Origin: Oscillospiraceae bacterium
GTDB lineage: Bacteria; Bacillota; Clostridia; Oscillospirales; Oscillospiraceae
DNA length: 64,000 nt
NCBI GenBank assembly: GCA_017542425.1
Contig: JAFXXH010000017.1
Coordinates: 2,129 to 66,128, forward strand
Reading direction: 5' to 3'
Made by a program: the position numbers and the translations under genes. The notes beneath the pieces are model-generated. The model worked only from the letters and a program-made list of their open reading frames with translations, was not told where the DNA came from and ran no database searches. Each line of letters begins with the position of its first letter. Within the stretch, counting starts at the first letter, position 1. Below, one piece after another: positions 20,026-27,564 of the stretch.

Positions 20026-21225
20026 ATGAAGATTCTTGTGATCAACGCGGGCAGCTCCTCTCTGAAGTATCAGCTCATCGACATGGACGGCGAGGTGCTG
20101 CTGGCCAAGGGCCTGTGCGAGCGCATCGGCATCGACGGCAAGTTCACCTACAAGCCCCAGGTGGAGGGCAAGGCGAAAAAGGACGCGGTGGACGTGGCCA
20201 TGCCCAGCCACGGCGAGGCCATCCAGACCGTGCTGGAAGCCCTGGCCGACCCGGTCAACGGCGTGGTGAAGAGCATGGACGAGATCGACGCGGTGGGTCA
20301 TCGCGTGGTCCACGGCGGCCGGGCCTTCACCGAGAGCTGCCTGATCAACGCCGAGCGCAAGGAAGCCATCAAGAAGTGCTTTCCCCTGGCCCCCCTGCAC
20401 AACCCGGCCAACCTGCTGGGCATCGAGGCCTGCGAGAAGGTCATGCCCGGCAAGCCCCAGGTGGCCGTGTTCGACACCGCGTTCCACATGACCATGCCCG
20501 CCGCGGCCTACATCTACGCCATCCCCTATGCGTACTACGAGGACGACGACGTGCGCCGCTACGGCTTCCACGGCACCAGCCACCGCTACGTCTCCGCCCG
20601 CTGCCGCGAGTTGCTGGGCAACCCGGAGCACAGCAAGATCATCTCCTGCCACCTGGGCAACGGTTCCTCCCTGGCCGCCGTCGTGGACGGCAAGGTGGTG
20701 GACACCACCATGGGCCTTGGGCCTCTGGCCGGCGTCCCCATGGGCACCCGCTGCGGCGACATCGACGCCACCATTCTGGAGTACCTGATGGGCCAGCACG
20801 GCTATGACATGAAGGAAATGATGAACATCCTCAACAAGAAGAGCGGCGTTCTGGGTATCTCCGGCGTGTCCAGCGACTTCCGCGATTTGGAAGCCGCCGC
20901 CAAGGAGGGCAACGAGCGCGCTCAGCTGGCCCTGGACAAGTTCCACTATGAGGTCAAGAAGGACATCGGCGCTTACGCGGCCGCCATGGGCGGCGTGGAC
21001 GCCATCGTCTTCACCGCCGGTGTGGGCGAGAACGGCGCGGGCAACCGTGCCGCCATCTGCGCGGGTCTGGAGTACCTGGGCGTGAAGATCTGCCCGGACT
21101 GCAACGCCCAGCGCGCCGACGAGCATCTGATCAGCACCGACGACAGCCCGGTGAAGGTCTTCGTCATCGCCACCAACGAGGAACTGATGATCGCCCGCGA
21201 CACCAAGGAGATCGTCAGCAAGTAA
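20026..21225 (+). CDS. ackA: acetate kinase
   Basis: MKILVINAGSSSLKYQL, HRVVHGG, FHGTSH and the C-terminal EELMIARDT are classic AckA motifs. Confidence 0.97.
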   Translation: MKILVINAGSSSLKYQLIDMDGEVLLAKGLCERIGIDGKFTYKPQVEGKAKKDAVDVAMPSHGEAIQTVLEALADPVNGVVKSMDEIDAVGHRVVHGGRAFTESCLINAERKEAIKKCFPLAPLHNPANLLGIEACEKVMPGKPQVAVFDTAFHMTMPAAAYIYAIPYAYYEDDDVRRYGFHGTSHRYVSARCRELLGNPEHSKIISCHLGNGSSLAAVVDGKVVDTTMGLGPLAGVPMGTRCGDIDATILEYLMGQHGYDMKEMMNILNKKSGVLGISGVSSDFRDLEAAAKEGNERAQLALDKFHYEVKKDIGAYAAAMGGVDAIVFTAGVGENGAGNRAAICAGLEYLGVKICPDCNAQRADEHLISTDDSPVKVFVIATNEELMIARDTKEIVSK

Positions 21226-21245
21226 GCATTGATTCCACACGAACG

Positions 21246-21292
21246 AAAAGCGCCCCCGGAAGCCGCGTTTGCTCGGCCTCCGGGGGCGTTGT
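21246..21292. terminator. bidirectional terminator between ackA and the convergent SLH gene
   Basis: GCGCCCCCGGAAG...CCTCCGGGGGCG hairpin. The T-rich tract is better on the minus strand (CTTTTCGTT). Confidence 0.6.
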
Positions 21293-21302
21293 CATGCCCG
21301 GT

Positions 21303-22391
21303 TCAGGCGGGATAGCGGGTCCAGACGTAGTCGGCCTGCATGATCTGCTGGCGCGTCAATGTCCGTCCCCAGTGGACGGAGGAATTGTAGTTCCCCTCGG
21401 CGATCACCACATGGTCGTCGTGGATCTCCAAGATGATGACGGTATGGGTGTCGCCGTTGATGCGCGGCATATCCCCCACGCGCAGATCTTCATAGGCGAA
21501 ATCGCCCCGCTCCAGCGTCCGCAGCGGCAGCTCCCCGAAGGCGGCGCTGCTGACCCGGAAGGCAAAGGCCACGCAGCCCATGCCGGTGAAGCTGAACTGC
21601 CGGGTCACGCCCTCCCACACTTCCTCGTAGTGCAGCGTGTACTCGTCCTCGTTGGTCCAGCGCAGCCCCTCCGGCAGCTCCTCCTTCATGGCAATCAGCT
21701 TCGCGTAGACCGTCTCCTGGTCGTAGGGGTCCTCCGCCGGGGTCTGGGCCGGGGACAGCGCCGCGTCATACTGCGCCTGGGTGAAGACGCCTTCGGCGAT
21801 CAGCTTCTCGGCCAGGGTCTCGTCGTCCCCCTTCAGGGGCGTGCGCAGGGCGCTGAAGCTGACGGCGGCCACATGGGCGCGCAGGAACGGGGCCTCGGCG
21901 AAGCGCGCTCCCTCGCTCGTCAGCCCGATTTCGTCGGAAAATTCCCAGGCCGCGTCCCAGCGGAAGTCCGTGGCGCTGTCATAGCCCAGGGCGCGAAGTA
22001 CAAAGGTGAGGTACTGAGAGGCGGTGATCTGCCTGTCGCCGCTGAAAGTGGTCTCCCCCGTACCGGCGGTCAGGCCGTTGGCGTAGGCATAGCCCACATA
22101 GGGCCGCGCCCATTCCGCCACGTCGGAAAAGGCGTTTTCCCAGCTCCCGGTTCGGGCCTCGCCCTCCTTCCCCAGCAGGCGCACCAGCATGACCAGCGCC
22201 TCATACCGGGTCGGAGCGCGGTCCAGCTCAAAGACGGGCTGCCCCTCCGCGTCGGTCCCGGTACCCTGGAACAGACCCAGGGCATACAGCGCGTCGGCGG
22301 CCTCGCGCCCGGCGTCGTCGGCGGCAAAGACGGCGCTCCCAAGAGAAAACAGCAGCGCCAGCGCCAGGAACAGAGACAACAGTTTTTTCAT
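21303..22391 (-). CDS. SLH-domain surface protein with a C-terminal papain-like (NlpC/P60- or CHAP-like) Cys-His domain
   Basis: Signal peptide MKKLLSLFLALALLFSLGSAVFA. SLH-type segments include AADALYALGLFQGTG and RYEALVMLVRLLG. The C-terminus carries GMGCVAFA ... DTHTVIIL ... AEGNY, a candidate Cys/His catalytic pair. Confidence 0.8.
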   Translation of the reverse strand: MKKLLSLFLALALLFSLGSAVFAADDAGREAADALYALGLFQGTGTDAEGQPVFELDRAPTRYEALVMLVRLLGKEGEARTGSWENAFSDVAEWARPYVGYAYANGLTAGTGETTFSGDRQITASQYLTFVLRALGYDSATDFRWDAAWEFSDEIGLTSEGARFAEAPFLRAHVAAVSFSALRTPLKGDDETLAEKLIAEGVFTQAQYDAALSPAQTPAEDPYDQETVYAKLIAMKEELPEGLRWTNEDEYTLHYEEVWEGVTRQFSFTGMGCVAFAFRVSSAAFGELPLRTLERGDFAYEDLRVGDMPRINGDTHTVIILEIHDDHVVIAEGNYNSSVHWGRTLTRQQIMQADYVWTRYPA

Positions 22392-22416
22392 TGGATTCTC
22401 CCTCTTTTCTATCTTT

Positions 22417-22761
22417 TCATTCATCCAGTTGCTCTAAACAGTATGCTTTCAGCGTGGGAATATCTCGCTGAACCGTATTCCATACGATTTCCAGACGGAT
22501 GCTTCCATAGTGATGCGCGACAATGTTCCGCATTCCCTTCATCTGGCTCCAATCCATCGTATCGGCGGATGCTGCGCGAATCTCCGGTGAGAGTTGCCCC
22601 GAAAGCTCGCCAATTTGGAGAAGATAAAAACAAATCAAATCATGGTACGCCTTATCAGAGTGGAAGGATTGAAAATCGTCTCCAAACCTTGCAACGCTGT
22701 CCTCAATGCTTTCGCAGTACTCCAAAATGTGTTCCAGCCTCTGCATATCACGCGGCAGCAT
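22417..22761 (-). CDS. hepT: HepT-like (DUF86) ribonuclease toxin, type VII TA system
   Basis: Rx4HxY motif present as MRNIVAHHY. It is 114 aa and overlaps the upstream nucleotidyltransferase gene by 14 nt. Confidence 0.9.
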   Translation of the reverse strand: MLPRDMQRLEHILEYCESIEDSVARFGDDFQSFHSDKAYHDLICFYLLQIGELSGQLSPEIRAASADTMDWSQMKGMRNIVAHHYGSIRLEIVWNTVQRDIPTLKAYCLEQLDE

Positions 22762-23077
22762 AGATCATCATCCTTTCCCGTTTGACCGCCTCCCGAAAAT
22801 GAATCTGGCTGCGGCGATTTGTCGGCTCTTCCATCGAGTCCAGCGTAACCAGGTCTATCGTGGTTTCCAACGCGCTTTCCAGGGCGCTGTACAGCCCGCC
22901 CAACCGAAACAAGCTGTCAATCGCTGTTCCTGAGAGATCGACCAGCAGGTCTACATCGCTCTCCGCAGTGGCCTCACCCCTGGCGTAAGAGCCAAAGAGG
23001 TAGACCGCCGCAAGGCCGTATTGCCGTGCAACAGGCGTAATGCGGCGTTTGATTTCCTCCACCGTATAGGGCAGCAT
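22748..23077 (-). CDS. mntA: MntA-type minimal nucleotidyltransferase antitoxin
   Basis: LFGSYARGEATAESDVDLLV (GSx10DxD) motif. It is 109 aa and sits immediately upstream of hepT. Confidence 0.9.
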   Translation of the reverse strand: MLPYTVEEIKRRITPVARQYGLAAVYLFGSYARGEATAESDVDLLVDLSGTAIDSLFRLGGLYSALESALETTIDLVTLDSMEEPTNRRSQIHFREAVKRERMMIYAAA

Positions 23078-23116
23078 GGTTTCACCCCTTCCCTATGTCA
23101 TAGCCTTATGATACGC

Positions 23117-23159
23117 CAAAAAAGCGCCGGGATTCCTCCCGAACAGGCGAATCCCGGCA
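23117..23159 (-). terminator. rho-independent terminator after the DUF2442 gene
   Basis: Minus strand reads GCCGGGATTC-loop-GAATCCCGGCGC followed by TTTTTTGG. Confidence 0.7.
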
Positions 23160-23224
23160 CAAAGCTTTTGTAATTCTGAATTTTCCCGCTTGTGCCTGAC
23201 GTTCTGCACAGTCTCGGTCCGCTG

Positions 23225-23491
23225 TCATTCCCCTGGGACAGCACGCCCATATTGATAGATGGCGTCACTCGGAAGATCAATCTCATCGTTCCAAAACACG
23301 CAGGTTCTGCTCGCGTCAAGCTGCACCTGTTGAAACAAGCCGCAGATTTCCCGCAGAGCGCGATATCCGGGAAGATCCATATCCTCTTTCACATCGTACA
23401 CGACGCGGGAGCCGTCCTCGAAACGGACAAACAGGCAATAGTCCGGAAGCGGCGTTACGGAAGCAATGCGTTGTATCATAGTATTGACCAT
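23225..23491 (-). CDS. DUF2442 domain protein
   Basis: The sequence IASVTPLPDYCLFVRFEDGSRVVYDVKE...DASRTCVFWNDEIDLPSDAIY fits the DUF2442 pattern. The longer 167-aa track ORF would overlap yebC, so the start was set at MVNTM (or MIQ at 23479). The RBS is weak. Confidence 0.65.
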   Translation of the reverse strand: MVNTMIQRIASVTPLPDYCLFVRFEDGSRVVYDVKEDMDLPGYRALREICGLFQQVQLDASRTCVFWNDEIDLPSDAIYQYGRAVPGE

Positions 23492-23555
23492 TGGCGGTAA
23501 CCTGGTGATTCGCTGTGAATCCCTCATTTCCTGGAGTTCAGTCTGCTGTCTGCTG

Positions 23556-24296
23556 TTATTCCGCGTCTTCCCAGTTGTGCCAGACGTTTTGCACATCCTC
23601 GTTGTCCTCGAACATGTCCAGCATCTTCTGCATATTTTTGATGTCATCCTCGGCGGTGAGCTTGATGTAGCCCTGCTGGGGGAGCATCTCCTCCTGGGCG
23701 CTGAGCAGCTTGTAGCCGCGGGCCTCAAGGGCGGAGGCGACGGCGGCGACGGCGTCCGTGGCGGTGTAGACGGTGAAGGCTTCGCCCTCGGCCTCGAAGT
23801 CGTCCGCGCCGGCGTCCAGGGCGTCCATCATCACGGTATCCTCGTCTAAGTCCTCGTCCTCGTTGTCGATGACGATGACGCCCTTGCGGTCAAAGCTCCA
23901 GCTCACGCAGCCCGCCGCGCCCAGGTTTCCGCCGTACTTGTCGAAGTAGTGCCGGACCTCGCTGGCCGTGCGGTTGCGGTTGTCGGTCATGGCCTCCACG
24001 ATCAGGGCCACGCCGCTGGGGCCGTAGCCTTCGTAGGTGACGCGCTCGTAGTTGTCCGTGCTGCCCGCGCCCAGGGCCTTTTCGATGGTGCGCTTGATGT
24101 TGTCATTGGGCATATTGGCGGCCTTGGCCTTGGCGATGACGGTGGCCAGGCGGGAGTTGTTGGCCGGGTCGCCGCTGCCGCCCTCTTTGACGGCCACGAT
24201 CATCTCACGGGCGATCTTGGTGAAGGCCTGGGCGCGCTTGGCGTCCGCCGCCCCCTTGGTTTTTTGTATGTTGTGCCATTTGGAATGTCCTGACAT
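23556..24296 (-). CDS. yebC: YebC/PmpR family DNA-binding regulatory protein
   Basis: MSGHSKWHNIQKTKGAADAKRAQAFTK is the invariant YebC N-terminus. Confidence 0.95.
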   Translation of the reverse strand: MSGHSKWHNIQKTKGAADAKRAQAFTKIAREMIVAVKEGGSGDPANNSRLATVIAKAKAANMPNDNIKRTIEKALGAGSTDNYERVTYEGYGPSGVALIVEAMTDNRNRTASEVRHYFDKYGGNLGAAGCVSWSFDRKGVIVIDNEDEDLDEDTVMMDALDAGADDFEAEGEAFTVYTATDAVAAVASALEARGYKLLSAQEEMLPQQGYIKLTAEDDIKNMQKMLDMFEDNEDVQNVWHNWEDAE

Positions 24297-24398
24297 GATT
24301 TCTCCAGCCCCTTGTATCATAGTATTGGGATCGCGCCGACGCGGCGGCGCGGAAAGAATTACAGTTTATTTTAGCACATCCATGTGCGCTTGGCAACA

Positions 24399-24433
24399 CA
24401 AAAATGCGCCCTCTGTCCGTGGACAGGGGGCGC
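24399..24433 (-). terminator. rho-independent terminator after the 64-aa gene
   Basis: Minus strand reads GCGCCCCCTGTCC-ACG-GACAGAGGGCGC followed by ATTTTTGTGTT. Confidence 0.7.
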
Positions 24434-24449
24434 TGCTATTTCTCGCTGT

Positions 24450-24644
24450 TCAAGCGTGGGTCTGGCGGAACGCCTCGAAAAAGGCGGCGGCGTCATGAAC
24501 CCGGCCCGCTTGCATGTCCCCGTAACCTGCCATCAACTCCCGATGCAGCGTTTCGGTGGTCATGGCGTCCGCGTAAATGGACGCGGGAGGCGTGGATTTC
24601 TGAAAAGGAACGCGGTCAGTCTGCACAATATGATCGAGATACAT
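24450..24644 (-). CDS. 64-aa hypothetical protein with an antitoxin-like C-terminal helix (speculative)
   Basis: MYLDHIVQTDRVPFQKS...ETLHRELMAGYGDMQAGRVHDAAAFFEAFRQTHA. It has its own TTGACA-17-TACGAT promoter, a GGAAGGGGG RBS and a terminator. Function was not recognised. Confidence 0.5.
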   Translation of the reverse strand: MYLDHIVQTDRVPFQKSTPPASIYADAMTTETLHRELMAGYGDMQAGRVHDAAAFFEAFRQTHA

Positions 24645-24666
24645 ATCCACGCCCCCTTCCATTTAT

Positions 24667-24695
24667 ATCGTAAAGGAAACACCGTTCTTTGTCAA
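24667..24695 (-). promoter_or_regulatory. sigma-A type promoter of the 64-aa gene
   Basis: Minus strand reads TTGACA-17 nt-TACGAT, about 25 nt upstream of the start codon. Confidence 0.5.
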
Positions 24696-24816
24696 GAATG
24701 TAAGAAAACTTGGGTCCATGATCCGATGTGCTGTGGCGAATCCGCGGAAGGGGCAAGCCGCTTCTCAACATCATGTGTGCAAAGCAATATAGAAGTGCTA
24801 TGTTTTGTCGTTTTTG

Positions 24817-26331
24817 TTATACAGTCTTCGGGATCAGCAAGAGCCGCTGCCAGTCCCCCTCCAGGGCGTCCAGGCCGTTGGCGGCGCGAATGGCCTCCGG
24901 GGTGGAGCAGTTCTCCCGGGCCAGGAGCCAGAGGTCGTCGCCGCTGGCAGCGCGCAGCAGGACCAGGGAGGGGCGTTCGCTTTGGTCCAGGGGAGCGGTC
25001 TCGTCGTATTCCAAAGCGGTGACCGCGTCCAGCGTCCGGGTGGCGGTCAGGGCGGCCCGGGCCTCCACGGTCATGCGGACCTCCGCGCCGCCGGGGGCGG
25101 GGATCAGCGAGAGCTCCGGCACGCCCGCCGACAACAGCTCCAGGCTCTCCCCTTCCCCCAGCGCAGTCCGCAGTTTCACGGGATAGGTATGGCGCACCGC
25201 GCTCAGGGCGTTTTCCGGCGTCCGGTAATAGAGGATCACCGTCACGGGCAGCAGCAGGCCGTCCGATTCGGTCCTGGGCTCTCCGATGGCGGCCCAGCTC
25301 TGCACCGCCTCCTGCACCGGCTGGGGCGTGGAGAAGTTCTCCCGCAGCGTCTCCCGCAGGGTCAGCACCCGCCCGATCCGCTGAAAACTCCGGCGCTCCA
25401 CCGTGGGCTGGAGGGCGTAGCGGTTGCTGTAGGCGTCGGTGACGCAGCACAGCGTCCGGGGGGCGCTGGCCAGGACCTGCACCGCCAGATGGATCTCCGC
25501 CGTGCCGTGGACGCCGTCCACCTCCGTCAGGTCGTAGTATGCCCCGGTGAGCAGCAGCGTGGCGGAGACCGCCGCGTCCTCTGGCAGGTCCTCCCCCAGC
25601 TCGATCACCTGGGAAAAGCCGGTGGAAAAACTGATAGCCCCGGTGCTGCCGTCCTCCGCCTGATAGACCAGGGCGCTGTCCGCGCTGCCGTGGAGGATGA
25701 GCTTGCTGCCGCTTTGCCGCAGTTCCTCCGTGCGCAGCGCCGTGTTCTGGGCCAGGATCGTCACCGCAGGGCTGGCCGACTCCGGCAGGTTGAACTCGTC
25801 GGTGACGGCAAAGGTCTTTTCCGTGGCGGCGCAGACCGGGGACAGCGTGACCGCCTCCTCCCGCACCAGCACCCCGTCCTCCCCCGCCTCCGGCGCGCCG
25901 GGGAGGCGCAGCTGCCCCGGAACGTAGCAGCACAGGGCGCACAGAAGTTCCGCCCGCAGAGAGACCTTCCGGGGGTTGGGCAGCCGGGCGTCCAGGCTCA
26001 GCAGCGTCAGGCTCGTCTCGCAGAAGCTCTCCGGGTCGATCTGCTCGTCTTCGACGTTGACATAATATTCCAGCTCCGTCTCCAGGCAGCGCAGCCCCGC
26101 TTCGTCCTCCGGGACGTAGGCCACCCGGACGGGCAGCTTGGCCTCCAGCCGGACCCGTCCCTGGGACACATCCTTGCTGCGGATGCGCACGTTGCCCGTG
26201 ACGCTCAGGATGGCGCTGATGTCCGGCATGGTGTCCGGCACGACAAATTCCTGACTCTCCTCTTTTCTGACCGCGCCGGAATAGCACAGCTGCCGACATT
26301 CGACGACGGCTTGGGATAGGCTGACTTGCAT
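24817..26331 (-). CDS. DUF3794-type repeat protein with a C-terminal LysM domain (SafA-like, probably sporulation/cell-wall associated)
   Basis: The 504-aa frame has normal composition (VPDTMPDISAILSVTGNVRI... repeats). The C-terminus DLWLLARENCSTPEAIRAANGLDALEGDWQRLLLIPK is LysM-like. The two competing long ORFs here are R/G/P-rich shadows. Confidence 0.8.
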   Translation of the reverse strand: MQVSLSQAVVECRQLCYSGAVRKEESQEFVVPDTMPDISAILSVTGNVRIRSKDVSQGRVRLEAKLPVRVAYVPEDEAGLRCLETELEYYVNVEDEQIDPESFCETSLTLLSLDARLPNPRKVSLRAELLCALCCYVPGQLRLPGAPEAGEDGVLVREEAVTLSPVCAATEKTFAVTDEFNLPESASPAVTILAQNTALRTEELRQSGSKLILHGSADSALVYQAEDGSTGAISFSTGFSQVIELGEDLPEDAAVSATLLLTGAYYDLTEVDGVHGTAEIHLAVQVLASAPRTLCCVTDAYSNRYALQPTVERRSFQRIGRVLTLRETLRENFSTPQPVQEAVQSWAAIGEPRTESDGLLLPVTVILYYRTPENALSAVRHTYPVKLRTALGEGESLELLSAGVPELSLIPAPGGAEVRMTVEARAALTATRTLDAVTALEYDETAPLDQSERPSLVLLRAASGDDLWLLARENCSTPEAIRAANGLDALEGDWQRLLLIPKTV

Positions 26332-26400
26332 GGCGGTTCCTCTCCTTGCATCTTAGATTCCGGGACAATCCTATGCCCCCCGTCCGGCGCTTATGCCAGG

Positions 26401-26559
26401 CTAATGGCGGGTCAGCAGCAGGAAGCCGCCCACCGTCAGCCCCGCGCCCACGCAGAACCACCAGAAGCCGTCCGGCAGCACCCGGGCGAAGAGGATCAGC
26501 AGCCCCAGCCCCAGCATGACGCCGCCCACGATCTTTTGGAGGGGATTGTGCCCACGCAT
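26401..26559 (-). CDS. 52-aa two-TM membrane peptide
   Basis: MRGHNPLQKIVGGVMLGLGLLILFARVLPDGFWWFCVGAGLTVGGFLLLTRH, with a GGGAAAGGACGG RBS upstream. Confidence 0.5.
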   Translation of the reverse strand: MRGHNPLQKIVGGVMLGLGLLILFARVLPDGFWWFCVGAGLTVGGFLLLTRH

Positions 26560-26673
26560 GACAACACCGTCCTTTCCCTGTTCGGGCGAAAAAACGCATA
26601 TCCGACGCCTGGCCGGATATGCGTTTCGGATGCCGCCCGTCATTGCATCCTATGTCGGGTTCGGGCGGTCGAT

Positions 26674-27558
26674 TCATTTTTGTTCCCAGGATTTGTAGCC
26701 CGCGGAGATCTCATAGAGCCTGCAATAGCTCTCGTGGCGGCTTTTGGCGATGTCCCCCGCCGCCAGCGCCGCCAGCACGGCGCAGCCCGGCTCCCGCCGG
26801 TGGCTGCAATCGTCAAAGCGGCAACGGCCCAGGCAGGGGCGAAACTCCGGGAAACAGCGCTGCAGCGCGTCCGGGGTGATGGGGCGCATCTGACTCAGGT
26901 CGAAGGAGGAAAAGCCGGGGGTGTCCGCGATGTATGTGCCGTCCGCCAGCTCGAAGAGTTCGATGTGACGGGTGGTGTGTCTGCCGCGCCCCAGGCGCTG
27001 GCTGACCTCCCCCACCTCCTGGTATGGTTCCGGGGCCAGGCGGTTCAGCAGACTGCTCTTGCCCACGCCGGAGTTGCCGACGAAGGCCACGGTCCGGCCC
27101 CGGATCAGCTCCCGCAGGGCCTCCACCCCCTCGCCGGTCTCGGCGCTGGTGCGGAGGACGGGATAGCCCGTGTGGTTGGAGAAAGCCGCCGCCAGGGCCT
27201 CGCCCCGGTCCAGGTCGCACTTGTTGATGCAGATCACCACGCCGCAGTCCACGCTCTCGGCGATGGCGGTCACCCGGTCCACCAGAAAGGGGTCGGTCAC
27301 CGGGTTGACGTTGGCGGCCAGCAGCACCAGGGCGTCCACGTTGGCTACGGCGGGGCGGACAAAGCAGTTGCGGCGGGGCAGAATCTCGGTGAGATAGCCC
27401 TTGCCCGGCTCCGTGGGTTCCACGCACACCAGGTCGCCCACCAGGGGGCTGGTGCCGTCCAGCCGGAACTTCCCCCTGGCCCTGCAGGCCAGCAGCCCCG
27501 TCTCCGTGCGGACGTAGTAGAAGCCGCTGAGGGCTTTCATGATCCTTCCGCTGGGCAT
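26674..27558 (-). CDS. rsgA: ribosome small-subunit-dependent GTPase A
   Basis: Circularly permuted GTPase motifs NKCDL ... GNSGVGKSSLLN ... DTPGF. C-terminal zinc cluster CRFDDCSHRREPGC. Confidence 0.95.
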   Translation of the reverse strand: MPSGRIMKALSGFYYVRTETGLLACRARGKFRLDGTSPLVGDLVCVEPTEPGKGYLTEILPRRNCFVRPAVANVDALVLLAANVNPVTDPFLVDRVTAIAESVDCGVVICINKCDLDRGEALAAAFSNHTGYPVLRTSAETGEGVEALRELIRGRTVAFVGNSGVGKSSLLNRLAPEPYQEVGEVSQRLGRGRHTTRHIELFELADGTYIADTPGFSSFDLSQMRPITPDALQRCFPEFRPCLGRCRFDDCSHRREPGCAVLAALAAGDIAKSRHESYCRLYEISAGYKSWEQK

Positions 27559-27564
27559 GCGCGC

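Noticed and set aside
24692-26677. 661-aa minus-strand ORF, and the 504-aa plus-strand ORF at 24805-26319
   Set aside because: Both are R/G/P/A-rich with no motifs. The 24817-26331 minus frame has balanced composition, DUF3794-like repeats and a LysM C-terminus. The 661-aa ORF would also swallow the separately supported 52-aa gene and overlap rsgA.
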